Shown: piece by piece, positions 36,823 to 46,258 of the stretch
Layout of the letters: the number at the start of each line of letters is the position of its first letter
How positions within the stretch are numbered: position 1 is the first letter of the stretch
Origin: a virus
IMG/VR virus record: IMGVR_UViG_3300027977_000027
Location: 1-64,000 of that record
Direction: 5' to 3' (one strand)
Length of the DNA stretch: 64,000 nt
The notes under the pieces: model-generated
The model's database searches: none
Told to the model about the DNA's origin: nothing
What the model saw: only the letters and a program-made list of their open reading frames with translations
Program-made: the position numbers and the translations under genes

Positions 36823-37877
36823 CAACAACAACAATCCTTTCAATTTTTGGTATCGTAGCTTCAAGTATAATATCAATTTGGGCTATATTAAAATTTATCG
36901 TATCTCAAAATTATAGATTAGATGATAATGTTAGTAAAATTCTAATTAAAAAATTTCAAAATGAAGCTACTTTTAAGTTTGAACTAAATAATGAGTTTAG
37001 TGTAAATAAAAAATATCCATCGATTTATGAAATTTTTTGTTATATTGATGGTTGTTTTTTTTTATTTAAAAGAAATGAAAGGTTATTAAATGCTGGATGG
37101 CAAAGCAAAGATACTGTTTCTGAAATATATTTCTTTAGATGGCAAAAAGATAAAGTTATAAATTACATCAAAACTATTTCTAGTGTAAAAGATAGTATAA
37201 ATGTAATGCTATTAGGACCTCATGGTTCAGATAAATTAGGTGAATTACAAATATCTGAACCAACAATATCCATAGACAAAGATTTATATGAAGATATTGA
37301 AGCTGACATAAAAGATATGTTAGAAAATAAAAAATCAAAAACTGGATGTTTATTATATGGAAAACCTGGTACGGGAAAAACAAGGTTGGTAAAATATTTA
37401 TCGCAAAAATATCTATTACCAATATATACAGTATATTTAAACCCAGATTTTAGCAATTTGGACGTATTAATGATGTTTAGTTCTATACCAGAAAAATGTA
37501 TTGTTCTATTTGAAGATTTTGACAATTATTTTAATAAAAGAGATTGTACATTAAAGAATGAAAACATAAAGTTTACTTTTGATGCTATCATAAATGCTTT
37601 AGATGGAATATATAATGACTACAACCAAGTTGTTTTTATAATGACAGCTAATGATATTGACAAAATAGATGACTCAATAAAACTACGTTCATCTAGATTC
37701 AAATTTGTAAGAGAAATCACGTCACCATCATATGAAACTAGGTTAAAAATATTAGGAGATAAAACACTTGCTGAAAAAACAGAAGGTATGACAATAGACA
37801 AAATCTATTTTGTGGAATCTCTTATTGGTAAATATACTGACGACCAAATCATTGAAAAAGCAAATTTAAACGTTTAA
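36819..37877 (+). CDS. Membrane-anchored AAA+ ATPase (BCS1-like)
   Basis: N-terminal TM, GCLLYGKPGTGKT, VLFEDFD, NALDG, MTAN. Confidence 0.8.
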   Translation: MTTTTILSIFGIVASSIISIWAILKFIVSQNYRLDDNVSKILIKKFQNEATFKFELNNEFSVNKKYPSIYEIFCYIDGCFFLFKRNERLLNAGWQSKDTVSEIYFFRWQKDKVINYIKTISSVKDSINVMLLGPHGSDKLGELQISEPTISIDKDLYEDIEADIKDMLENKKSKTGCLLYGKPGTGKTRLVKYLSQKYLLPIYTVYLNPDFSNLDVLMMFSSIPEKCIVLFEDFDNYFNKRDCTLKNENIKFTFDAIINALDGIYNDYNQVVFIMTANDIDKIDDSIKLRSSRFKFVREITSPSYETRLKILGDKTLAEKTEGMTIDKIYFVESLIGKYTDDQIIEKANLNV

Positions 37878-37930
37878 ATTTGGAATAATCAATTTAATTA
37901 TGTACCTTTGTATTCACAAAATAAAATAAT

Positions 37931-38326
37931 ATGTTTTTTACACGTAAACACCTTTTAGAATACGGTTATAAAGTAATGGGGTTCGACTTTGGTAGAAATG
38001 ATACATGTAATAACTATGTAAAATATTTTCCCGAACATAACTCAATGGTTGTATTTTCAACAGTATTCAATAATAGCGTATTGGTATACCGATTGACCAA
38101 ACAACAATACGATGATTTCCAAGAAGGAAAATTTGCCTTGTCACACGATGGTAAAGGTTGGGGAAACACAGCATCTGGTTATCCAATAAAAAATTATGGT
38201 TTAACAATTGTATTTGCTGGCGGTGAAATAAGCAGAAGAAAATACTTGAAAGAAATGCTAGATGTGGCAGAAGAAATGGCACAAGGCAAAGAAATAGAAT
38301 TTGAATTCGTAATTAAAAGAAAATAA
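37931..38326 (+). CDS. Hypothetical protein
   Basis: 131 aa with promoter. Confidence 0.65.
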   Translation: MFFTRKHLLEYGYKVMGFDFGRNDTCNNYVKYFPEHNSMVVFSTVFNNSVLVYRLTKQQYDDFQEGKFALSHDGKGWGNTASGYPIKNYGLTIVFAGGEISRRKYLKEMLDVAEEMAQGKEIEFEFVIKRK

Positions 38327-38327
38327 A

Positions 38328-39344
38328 ATGGGTGGAAGGGCGCTTAAAAATACAATTACTCGTAGATACGAGATAGCAGAATTTGACAGTATCAGTATTG
38401 AACTTATGGACATATTAAGGCCAGACTTTAAACGTGTGGTCATGCCTCTATTCTATAAAAACAAACCATCATTTGGTGATGCCGACATCATCCTATCAAT
38501 GGAAGGTTTTAATGATAACATGCGTGATTATATCACTGATAAATTCAATCCAAATGAAATATTTCATAATGGGAACTGCTGGTCATTTGATTACAAAGAA
38601 CTTCAAGTAGACCTCATTACAGTTTCAGCTGAAGACTTTGACACCAATGAAATGTATCTGTCATATAATGACCTTGGTAACTTTATAGGTCGTATAGCAC
38701 AGGGATTTGGATTGAAGTACGGACAAGAAGGACTATGGTATGAACATTACTTTAAAGGTATGAACATCGCTCGTATTCCAATATCAAAGAACTATCAAGA
38801 TATATTTAAATTTCTAGGTCTTTCTTATGAAAGGTATCTTGAAGGTTTTGATGAACTGGAGGACATCTTTGAATATATTGCAACTTGTCGTTTTTTCAAC
38901 TGGAAGATGTTTCAACTGAACCAGTTGAATAAAATCAATCGTGATAGAAATGTAAAACGAAAATCATACATGACATTCCTTGAGTGGATGGATGCAAATG
39001 TTGCTGATGAGAATCACGAATACCAGTTTGATAAAACTCAAGAAGAATATAATAAAATGATTGCTGAAGCATTTCCATATGCCAATCTAGAATTAGAAAT
39101 TCGTAAAGTTGAATATGAGTACTGCAAATCTTTTTATATCAAAGCTAAATTTAATGGTGGTGATGTAATGCGTAAGTATGGTCTAGAAGGAAAAGAATTG
39201 GGTGATGCTATGTCTGGTTTCAAAATATTCATCACTAATTTAATTGGTGCTGAAACATATGAAGATTATATCATAAACAGTTCAGTTGAAAGCATATACG
39301 AAGATTTTGAATCATATAAGATTATTATTAAACATATTAAATGA
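38328..39344 (+). CDS. Nucleotidyltransferase-fold phage protein
   Basis: MGGRAL, SFGDADI, QVDLI, YNDLGN. Confidence 0.65.
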   Translation: MGGRALKNTITRRYEIAEFDSISIELMDILRPDFKRVVMPLFYKNKPSFGDADIILSMEGFNDNMRDYITDKFNPNEIFHNGNCWSFDYKELQVDLITVSAEDFDTNEMYLSYNDLGNFIGRIAQGFGLKYGQEGLWYEHYFKGMNIARIPISKNYQDIFKFLGLSYERYLEGFDELEDIFEYIATCRFFNWKMFQLNQLNKINRDRNVKRKSYMTFLEWMDANVADENHEYQFDKTQEEYNKMIAEAFPYANLELEIRKVEYEYCKSFYIKAKFNGGDVMRKYGLEGKELGDAMSGFKIFITNLIGAETYEDYIINSSVESIYEDFESYKIIIKHIK

Positions 39345-39862
39345 AAAAAATTAACAGCACTAACATTGATGAGGCCCCAACTGGCAGCATTAGAACAAAT
39401 TCTGGAACATTTGTTAATGTTTTTGACACCAACCCAGATTCAATTAAAATTGAAGATATTGCTCATGCCTTATCTCGCTTACCAAGATTTGGTGGTCATC
39501 TAAACAGACATTATTCTGTTGCTCAACATAGCGTATTATGTGCTGAAATGGCCAAAACCAAAAAGGACAAAAAAGCTGCGTTATTGCATGATGGAAGTGA
39601 AGCGTATCTGTTGGATATGCCGTCACCAATCAAAGTAAGAATGGGTGAATATAAGCAATATGAAGATAAGCTTATGGGAATTATCTTTAAAAAGTATGAT
39701 TTGGAATGGCCATTGAGTAATAACATAAAGAAAATAGATAGAAAGATGTTATTGATTGAGTGGGCTAACTTAGCAGTAATTGACAACAAAGAATTCAAAT
39801 GTTGGACTCCCAATAAAGCTAAAAAAGAGTTCATGAAACTATACAAACAGTTGTTCAAGTAA
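39341..39862 (+). CDS. HD-domain 5'-deoxynucleotidase (YfbR-like)
   Basis: IEDIAHALS, RFGGH, YSVAQHS, LLHDGSEAYLLD. Confidence 0.88.
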   Translation: MKKINSTNIDEAPTGSIRTNSGTFVNVFDTNPDSIKIEDIAHALSRLPRFGGHLNRHYSVAQHSVLCAEMAKTKKDKKAALLHDGSEAYLLDMPSPIKVRMGEYKQYEDKLMGIIFKKYDLEWPLSNNIKKIDRKMLLIEWANLAVIDNKEFKCWTPNKAKKEFMKLYKQLFK

Positions 39863-40189
39863 TTATTTAAAAAAAGGGTTGTTTTCTTTCATAAAGGTAA
39901 TTATTTCATCTGCTTTTTTACATTCTGCAATGAAGTTGGTAACTTGGTCGTCAGTCAATGTAAACCATTCGTTATCAGCTTCAGTTTTTTGTGGATGAAA
40001 ATTACCATGTAACCATTTTTCTAATTTTATATAGTTATTGGTTTCATAAGTTTTTAATAAACTAATTACGTTAGAATTCCCAGTTTGCAACTCTTTACAC
40101 CTAATATCAACATTTCTTTTGGTGATACCAATTTTATGACGTTCATTTCCGTCTTTGTCAACTTCCAATAAAAGGTATAAATAACCCAT
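39863..40189 (-). CDS. T5orf172/GIY-YIG domain protein
   Basis: YLYLL...KIGIT...R..ELQTGN...LEKWLH...EWF. Confidence 0.8.
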   Translation of the reverse strand: MGYLYLLLEVDKDGNERHKIGITKRNVDIRCKELQTGNSNVISLLKTYETNNYIKLEKWLHGNFHPQKTEADNEWFTLTDDQVTNFIAECKKADEIITFMKENNPFFK

Positions 40190-40226
40190 AGAATAACATT
40201 AATTAAATAAGATAGATAAGTAAATA

Positions 40227-40970
40227 TTAAAGCTCACTAATTGCTTTATTGATTAAACGTATTAATAAGATGCTTTTGTAAGTTAAAAACACATCAACGT
40301 GGTCATTAAACTTTGCTATTACATTTATAGGTTTGTTGTCAATTCTAATCACCTCATCTTCATGATATGCTCTAGATAGAATTTTAAAATACTTAGATTT
40401 AAAAATGAATTCGTTTGGGTTTGTCGTATATTCTAAAACAAAAGCCATTCTTAAATCTTTCGCAATAATTTCTTTTAATAGTTCTTTTCTTGCTTCTGGT
40501 GTTTGATAATCATTAAAATTAATACTACTTGCTACTTCATTTAAAATATCATGATTACCAAATATTGAAGCGGAATCAAAATTTGTTGACCAACTTTGAA
40601 CTTTGTTTCTAGCTTTATAAACATAAGGAAATGGTTTCTGAAGACTTATTGGTTGTTTTGACCTTATGAAATACTCAGCTGGTAATGTTAAACCACGGTA
40701 TACCTTTGTTTTTTCTGGTATAAGCACTTCAGGATATTGTTGCATACAACCTTTAAGATTCTTAACCACTTTTATAAAATCTGACTCAGTTGCTTCACCG
40801 TACTTGTTATCAGTAAAATCTTTTATATCATCAACATATTTGTTTTCGATTCCAGTGTTTCTTTCTTTTCCACCTAATTCATCAGCAAAAAGTTCGTTAC
40901 CAAACTTTTTAACACACGCTTCAATTTCAATCTCATTTATAAGGTTATTATATACTTCTAGGATTTTCAT
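40227..40970 (-). CDS. Putative R-S-E type ADP-ribosyltransferase
   Basis: VYRGL, QSWST, HEDEV motifs; ATATTTAT upstream; MKILEVYNNLINE leader. Confidence 0.6.
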   Translation of the reverse strand: MKILEVYNNLINEIEIEACVKKFGNELFADELGGKERNTGIENKYVDDIKDFTDNKYGEATESDFIKVVKNLKGCMQQYPEVLIPEKTKVYRGLTLPAEYFIRSKQPISLQKPFPYVYKARNKVQSWSTNFDSASIFGNHDILNEVASSINFNDYQTPEARKELLKEIIAKDLRMAFVLEYTTNPNEFIFKSKYFKILSRAYHEDEVIRIDNKPINVIAKFNDHVDVFLTYKSILLIRLINKAISEL

Positions 40971-41050
40971 TATATATAAATATTAATTTTTTGTAAAAAA
41001 CTTGATAAATTCACAAATGTTCTTTATATTTATAAATATTTATTAAAAAC

Positions 41051-41527
41051 ATGGGAAGACCATTTAACAAAAAAGCATACGATTCTTTTGATTTAAAAAA
41101 TAAAAAGGAATTGGTTAATATGATGTTAGCTAAAGGATACTCTTTGGTTGGAGCTATAGAGACTGAACATTTTAAAAAATATGATATTAAGTTTACAAAA
41201 GATGGGGGTGAGATTTCATTTGAAAATGAAACTAGAATGAATTTCGTAACCATTAGAGATGTATATTCAACCATTCATATTCCAATAAGGAAAAAAAATA
41301 CACAAGCCGATTATTATATTGTTTGGAAACCAGAACTTGATGAATTTTTTATGATTGATAAAAAAACCATAGAAAAATACAAGAAAAAAGTCGTTACAAT
41401 ATCGTGTAATGAATCACATGTGGATGATAGTTATATTGATTCTTTTATAGATATACCAAAAATAGAAGCTGTTTTATATTATAAAAAAGGTAGTAAATGG
41501 AAAATAAAAAACAAACCCCAACAATAG
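41051..41527 (+). CDS. PD-(D/E)XK nuclease-like protein
   Basis: YDIKF...FENETR pattern. Confidence 0.5.
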   Translation: MGRPFNKKAYDSFDLKNKKELVNMMLAKGYSLVGAIETEHFKKYDIKFTKDGGEISFENETRMNFVTIRDVYSTIHIPIRKKNTQADYYIVWKPELDEFFMIDKKTIEKYKKKVVTISCNESHVDDSYIDSFIDIPKIEAVLYYKKGSKWKIKNKPQQ

Positions 41528-41832
41528 TGGTTAACTTAAACAAAGAACCTTATGATGTTTACATAGGTAGAGGTTCAAAATGGGGAAACCCATATACAAC
41601 CATAAAAGATAAAGAAACTTTAGCTTGTGAAATAGTCGATTCTTCTGAAGAAGCTATTTCAAAATATAAAGAACACATCCTATCAACACCAGAACTATAT
41701 GATTCACTTCATGAATTGGAAGGGAAAACACTTGGGTGTTTTTGCAAACCAAAACCATGTCATGGGGATGTGTTATTGGAATTAATCAGTCAAAAAAACT
41801 TAAAAAATTTTTTTGTTAAAAACGTTAAATAA
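41497..41832 (+). CDS. DUF4326 family protein
   Basis: DVYIGRGSKWGNP, LEGKTLGCFCKPKPCHGDVL. Confidence 0.85.
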   Translation: MENKKQTPTIVVNLNKEPYDVYIGRGSKWGNPYTTIKDKETLACEIVDSSEEAISKYKEHILSTPELYDSLHELEGKTLGCFCKPKPCHGDVLLELISQKNLKNFFVKNVK

Positions 41833-41896
41833 CTTGCAACTATAATATCTTTTATGTACATTTGCATTATTAATAACAATTCATAAAAAAAAAATT

Positions 41897-42121
41897 ATGA
41901 GTAATACTAGAACAGAACAAAGCGTTAAAAATGGTATCAAAATTTTGAAAATCGCTATCAGACGCAACATTTCACTTTCAGAAGCATCACGCCAAGCCAA
42001 TTATGGCCGTAACTATGTTTCTGATATCAAACTTCGTTTGAGAGAAAATTATCGCAGCAAAAACGTAACGAAAGAGACTTATGCTCAGTTCAATGCGTTG
42101 ATGAAAGAATACGCTGGGTAA
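41897..42121 (+). CDS. Small basic HTH-like protein
   Basis: ISLSEASRQANYGRNYVS. Confidence 0.55.
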   Translation: MSNTRTEQSVKNGIKILKIAIRRNISLSEASRQANYGRNYVSDIKLRLRENYRSKNVTKETYAQFNALMKEYAG

Positions 42122-42238
42122 TTAAAAAAAAAGTTTGAAAAAAACTTGACAATATCAAAAAAAGTTTGTACCTTTGCATAACTTTTAAAAACAAAGACAT
42201 ATTTAATTAAAACGGGGAAACCCAAAAACAAAAAAAAA

Positions 42239-42331
42239 ATGAGAACTTTTGCTAACATATTCGATTTTGCGTTTGAATTCGCAGCCGAGGCCGATAAAAG
42301 CCTAGGGGTCAAGTATATTGTCAAAAGTTAA
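42239..42331 (+). CDS. Putative attenuator leader peptide of tRNA operon 2
   Basis: MRTFANIFDFAFEFAAEADKSLGVKYIVKS*, between promoter (42168) and terminator. Confidence 0.75.
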   Translation: MRTFANIFDFAFEFAAEADKSLGVKYIVKS

Positions 42332-42355
42332 CATAAAAGTTAAGTGTGTGATAAG

Positions 42356-42390
42356 AAGCCTGACCATAAAAAGTCAGGCTTTTTTGTTTT
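42356..42390 (+). terminator. Attenuator terminator upstream of tRNA operon 2
   Basis: aagcctgac-cataaaaa-gtcaggctt + ttttgtttt. Confidence 0.85.
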
Positions 42391-42399
42391 AAAACATAT

Positions 42400-42472
42400 G
42401 GGACGGTAGCTCAGTTGGTAGAGCAGTGGCCTGAAGAGCCACGTGTCGCTGGTTCGATTCCAGCCCGTCCCA
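42400..42472 (+). tRNA. tRNA-Phe(GAA)
   Basis: gtggc-ctGAAga-gccac, canonical. Confidence 0.92.
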
Positions 42473-42477
42473 CGCAT

Positions 42478-42549
42478 GGCACCATCGAATAGTGGTTAGT
42501 TCGTCTGGTTTTCAACCAGAAAACAGGGGTTCAATTCCCCTTGGTGCTA
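42478..42549 (+). tRNA. tRNA-Glu(TTC)
   Basis: tctgg-ttTTCaa-ccaga. Confidence 0.9.
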
Positions 42550-42597
42550 CAAAATGTTACGGTAGACTAGCCTCTAGTCAACGTTGGGTCCTTATAT

Positions 42598-42674
42598 GGA
42601 ATATTAGTAGAGTTGGTTACAATATCGCACTGTCACTGCGAAGGTCACGGGTTCGAATCCCGTATATTCCGCCA
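42598..42674 (+). tRNA. tRNA-Asp(GTC)
   Basis: tcgca-ctGTCac-tgcga, encoded GCCA. Confidence 0.92.
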
Positions 42675-42766
42675 AAAATGGTAATCGTTATTTTTGTGGT
42701 GGCCACCACGAATAATGAAAATCCATACTAAGTAACGAATGATGGCCATCAATAGTTATTTAGTTA

Positions 42767-42837
42767 GAGGATGTAGTTTAATTGGTAAAACTCTGGCGTG
42801 GAGCCAGAAGTTGTGGGTTCGAACCCCATCATCTTCC
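42767..42837 (+). tRNA. tRNA-like gene with abnormal anticodon loop (Pro TGG or His-like)
   Basis: gaggatg/catcttc, good D and T arms, tctggc-gtgga-gccaga. Confidence 0.55.
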
Positions 42838-42843
42838 AAATAT

Positions 42844-42916
42844 GGGGTGCCATGTACCAAGGCTGGCGAGAGACCTTTGCAAGGTTTCTGGTAGGATTCG
42901 ATTTCCTAGCGCTCCA
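42844..42916 (+). tRNA. tRNA-Ala(TGC)
   Basis: G3:U70, A73, agacc-ttTGCaa-ggttt; atypical D arm. Confidence 0.8.
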
Positions 42917-42976
42917 CAAAGCTCCGAAAGGGGCTTTTTTTATTTGTTTGGATATTTATGAAAAAGCAACTTTAAG

Positions 42977-45280
42977 ATGAAAATTTCAAATATATTTAAA
43001 GAAATCATTAATGAAGATTTCAAGTCGCAGACAGCTAATTTTATTAAACAAGGTTTCGATGCTAATATTGTTAAAACATATATTGATAAGTTTAAGTATA
43101 TTAGAGATAACAAGTTCAAAGAAATGTTTGATGATAAGTTAGACATTCCAGTGCCACCTCAAAAACGTAACGATATTGATGCTTATAAAGATTTCCATGA
43201 TTTGGAAAGGTTGGTTGATTATGTTGGTGGTAGAAGACAAGGTGTTTCAACACTAGGTAAGAAAGAAGATATAGAATTGGACGCAAAACCAGTATATGAA
43301 GATGACAATTTTATTGTTTACTATGCCGATACTCCAAGAGCTTGTATAAAGTATAAGGGTAGTTTTCCTTATTCATGGTGTGTAGCTAGAAGTGATTCTT
43401 CTAATATGTTTTACACATATCGTTTTAAACCTTATGAGCCAGCTTTTTATTTTGTTAAAAACAAAAAATTGACCGAAAAAGAATTTGGTGTTTGGAATAT
43501 GACTAAGAATGTTTTTAAAGGACAGTTTAAATATCCATATCACTTTTTTGTTATTCAAGTACCAAAAAACATAGACATTGAAAGTGATGAAAATGAACAA
43601 TATATTGTTACTTCAGCAAATAATGATGGTGACAAACAGATGAGTTGGAAAGATATATTAAAACTAAGTCCGAATATTGCACAAATAAAAGAAGTACTTA
43701 AACCAAAACCTTTTACAGATGAAGAAAGGGAAAAGAATAATAGATTTAAGAATGGTATAAATGACCAAGAATTTGCTAAACTAAGTTATGAAGATAAAAG
43801 AAGTTATTTGGACATTTATCCAACAATATCTAGACCAATTACAACAAAACAATTGATTGAACTTCCAGATGATTTATTAAACCTTTATGTTTCTTTTGGT
43901 ATAGGTTTAAATGACGAACAATTCGCACACATAAAACCAAAAAAAGATGTTTTAAAAAGATACACGCAAATAAGTAAAAGAAAGTTAGAAGAGTATTTAA
44001 AAAATTCTACATATGACCGTAGAAGATTAAGAATGGCATACACTGAACTTATTGTTTTGTCTGATGAAGAAATTAAGAGTTATTTAGAAACATTAGATAA
44101 AAAAGAGTTAAATAGATTTATTAAAGACAATGGTGAAGATAAAATAGAAATGTTGGAGAAACATGTTTCAGATAAATTTACCAGTGAATTTAAAGATTTA
44201 AAAACTATTGTTTTAAAAGCTAAAGACGATGACGAGGAAGCCTTGAATAAATTATATTCAATGGTACCAGAAAATGTTGATATAACTTTTTCTAACTCTG
44301 GTAATTTTATAATCATAGACACCAGCAATTACGGAAGCATATTACAAAAAAGAATGAGTAGTAACGTTTATGAATTATTAGAAAGAGTTGAAGAAGATAG
44401 ACAATGGGGTGGTAGTTATTACGATGATTATTTTTATGATGACCCAGAAAGGTTGGATGAAGAATATAAACATTATCTTACAGAATTTATAAATAACAAT
44501 AAAGATTTAAAACAAGAATTCGATTCATTTGGTTTAGAGTTTAATTTTGAAACTGTTGATGATTTATTAGAAACTTACAAAGAAAAAGATGGTATCAGAG
44601 AAACGATTAGTAGTGAATATACTTACGCTAAAGAAAAATCCGAACAAAAAGCTTGGGATAAAGTAAAAAATGAGATTAAATCTATTGTTTATTTGTATGA
44701 TGATGCTTTATACATGAAAGTTGGTCCGTTCATAATGAATTTGCTTTCTTATAAATTATTTACAACAGATGCTGAACAGTTTATAGATAATTTAGGTGAT
44801 TTTATTGATAATATGTTAAATGATAATGATTTACCTGATAATATGGATACAGTTTGGGAGGAAGTTAATGAAGCTGGTTGGAATTTTATGGATGTTGATA
44901 ATGATGAAATATATAGGACAATAAAGAGTAATATTTCAGATGCTATAGATAAGTTTTCTAACGATGAAGGTGCTCAGGATGATACTGAAGAACAACCAAA
45001 TACGGTAAAATTAAAATCAGAAATTATTACCCTTTTAAAGAATACTTTAAAAGGTTTGGGTCAAAGTCCAGATGCAAAGACGATAGAAAATGATATTGCA
45101 AGGATAGATATTGACCGCCAAAGATTTAAGTTAGATGGTAAGGTTTACATAAAAATATATGATAAACAGCAAAAAAAAGAACATGAAGGTTATGTGTTTA
45201 TCAATGATTTACCATCATATTTTAGAAACTACAAACTTTTTGAACAAGTTAGTAGAATTAAAAATTTAATGAGGTATTAA
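42977..45280 (+). CDS. Large probable virion internal protein
   Basis: 767 aa, ATATTTAT upstream, MKISNIFKEIINE start, SWCVA motif, C-terminal LFEQVSRIKNLMRY. Confidence 0.6.
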   Translation: MKISNIFKEIINEDFKSQTANFIKQGFDANIVKTYIDKFKYIRDNKFKEMFDDKLDIPVPPQKRNDIDAYKDFHDLERLVDYVGGRRQGVSTLGKKEDIELDAKPVYEDDNFIVYYADTPRACIKYKGSFPYSWCVARSDSSNMFYTYRFKPYEPAFYFVKNKKLTEKEFGVWNMTKNVFKGQFKYPYHFFVIQVPKNIDIESDENEQYIVTSANNDGDKQMSWKDILKLSPNIAQIKEVLKPKPFTDEEREKNNRFKNGINDQEFAKLSYEDKRSYLDIYPTISRPITTKQLIELPDDLLNLYVSFGIGLNDEQFAHIKPKKDVLKRYTQISKRKLEEYLKNSTYDRRRLRMAYTELIVLSDEEIKSYLETLDKKELNRFIKDNGEDKIEMLEKHVSDKFTSEFKDLKTIVLKAKDDDEEALNKLYSMVPENVDITFSNSGNFIIIDTSNYGSILQKRMSSNVYELLERVEEDRQWGGSYYDDYFYDDPERLDEEYKHYLTEFINNNKDLKQEFDSFGLEFNFETVDDLLETYKEKDGIRETISSEYTYAKEKSEQKAWDKVKNEIKSIVYLYDDALYMKVGPFIMNLLSYKLFTTDAEQFIDNLGDFIDNMLNDNDLPDNMDTVWEEVNEAGWNFMDVDNDEIYRTIKSNISDAIDKFSNDEGAQDDTEEQPNTVKLKSEIITLLKNTLKGLGQSPDAKTIENDIARIDIDRQRFKLDGKVYIKIYDKQQKKEHEGYVFINDLPSYFRNYKLFEQVSRIKNLMRY

Positions 45281-45315
45281 TTGTAAAAACCAATTTTTTT
45301 TAGTAGTTTTATTTT

Positions 45316-45473
45316 ATGAAAAAGAAAATATTACAGTACTTTGCTAATCTCATACTAGATTTAGCTAAAAAAGTTATGGATGATAATGAATCTAAAGCTT
45401 TTCAGAATATTTATAATTTTGGTATTTGGTATGATACCATGTGTGTCTATTATTTTGATGTTGAATTACAATA
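45316..45473 (+). CDS. Small hypothetical protein
   Basis: MKKKILQYFANLILDLAKK... about 52 aa. Confidence 0.4.
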
Positions 45474-45610
45474 ATTTTTTAAAAACACTTGCATGGTATG
45501 AATTTATTTAGTACCTTTGCGTTATCGAAATAAGTTGTTTGACCAAACAATGAGTAGGGTGGTGGATTGGAGAGGCGTTTCTCTAGGTACGCACTAAGGT
45601 AAAAGCATAT

Positions 45611-45734
45611 TGGGAGGTGGCCAAATTGGTAAAGGCAGCGGTAATGCAAAAAGTTTAATCTGTATAAGATTAAGTTCAGCAAAAAAAAAGCTAATGGAAA
45701 CCGCCATTTGTAGGTTCGAGTCCTACTCTCCCAA
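45611..45734 (+). ncRNA. tRNA-scaffold RNA whose anticodon loop is a 57 nt insert carrying the helix-RUUCWGCAA motif (copy D)
   Basis: tgggagg/tctccca, gcc/ggc D arm, gcggt/accgc stem, gtagg-TTCGAGT-cctac; insert holds ttaatct-g-tata-agattaa-g-ttcagcaa. Confidence 0.7.
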
Positions 45735-45923
45735 CAAAAAAGGACATACTTGTGTAACACTAGGTTGGCTCCCTTTCCCACATTTGGGATATAACCAAAA
45801 AGAGCTATGGCTGACCATGGGCAACCGATGAATTTAAAATGATTCATATACAGGGGGTGAGATAGTGTGAACGATTTCTAGGGTCTAGGTAAAATCCCCA
45901 CAAGTCCCTGTTCTTATTAAAAT

Positions 45924-46166
45924 ATGAAAAACTTTATAGAATTTTATTTTTACGGTGAAATGCTTGAAAAAACTTATTGGGAGGTACAATTGTTAGCACC
46001 CATAAGGTCTTTTAAAGATGGTATAACCTTTTTTAAATTTGATATAAATTTGGATAGATATAAAAGCGAACACACCCCAGCTTTTCAAATTGAATTCACT
46101 TTATTTAACCTATACAACCATCTGTTGATATATCAAAACAATTTTGAAGATGAACTTGACGATTAA
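45924..46166 (+). CDS. Hypothetical protein
   Basis: 80 aa ORF. Confidence 0.6.
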   Translation: MKNFIEFYFYGEMLEKTYWEVQLLAPIRSFKDGITFFKFDINLDRYKSEHTPAFQIEFTLFNLYNHLLIYQNNFEDELDD

Positions 46167-46258
46167 GTCTTTTATTAGTATATTTGTATAACGAATATAT
46201 TTATAAAGGCCGTGGTCCTTACACCAACAAATAACGATTAAATTTAAAAAAACATAGA

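Noticed and set aside
42844-42916. tRNA-Cys(GCA) reading
   Set aside because: Loop register gives TGC, and G3:U70 plus A73 indicate Ala.
45643-45699. tRNA intron
   Set aside because: Too short for group I, no clear bulge-helix-bulge, and no excision gives a loop with U33; treated as a structural insert.
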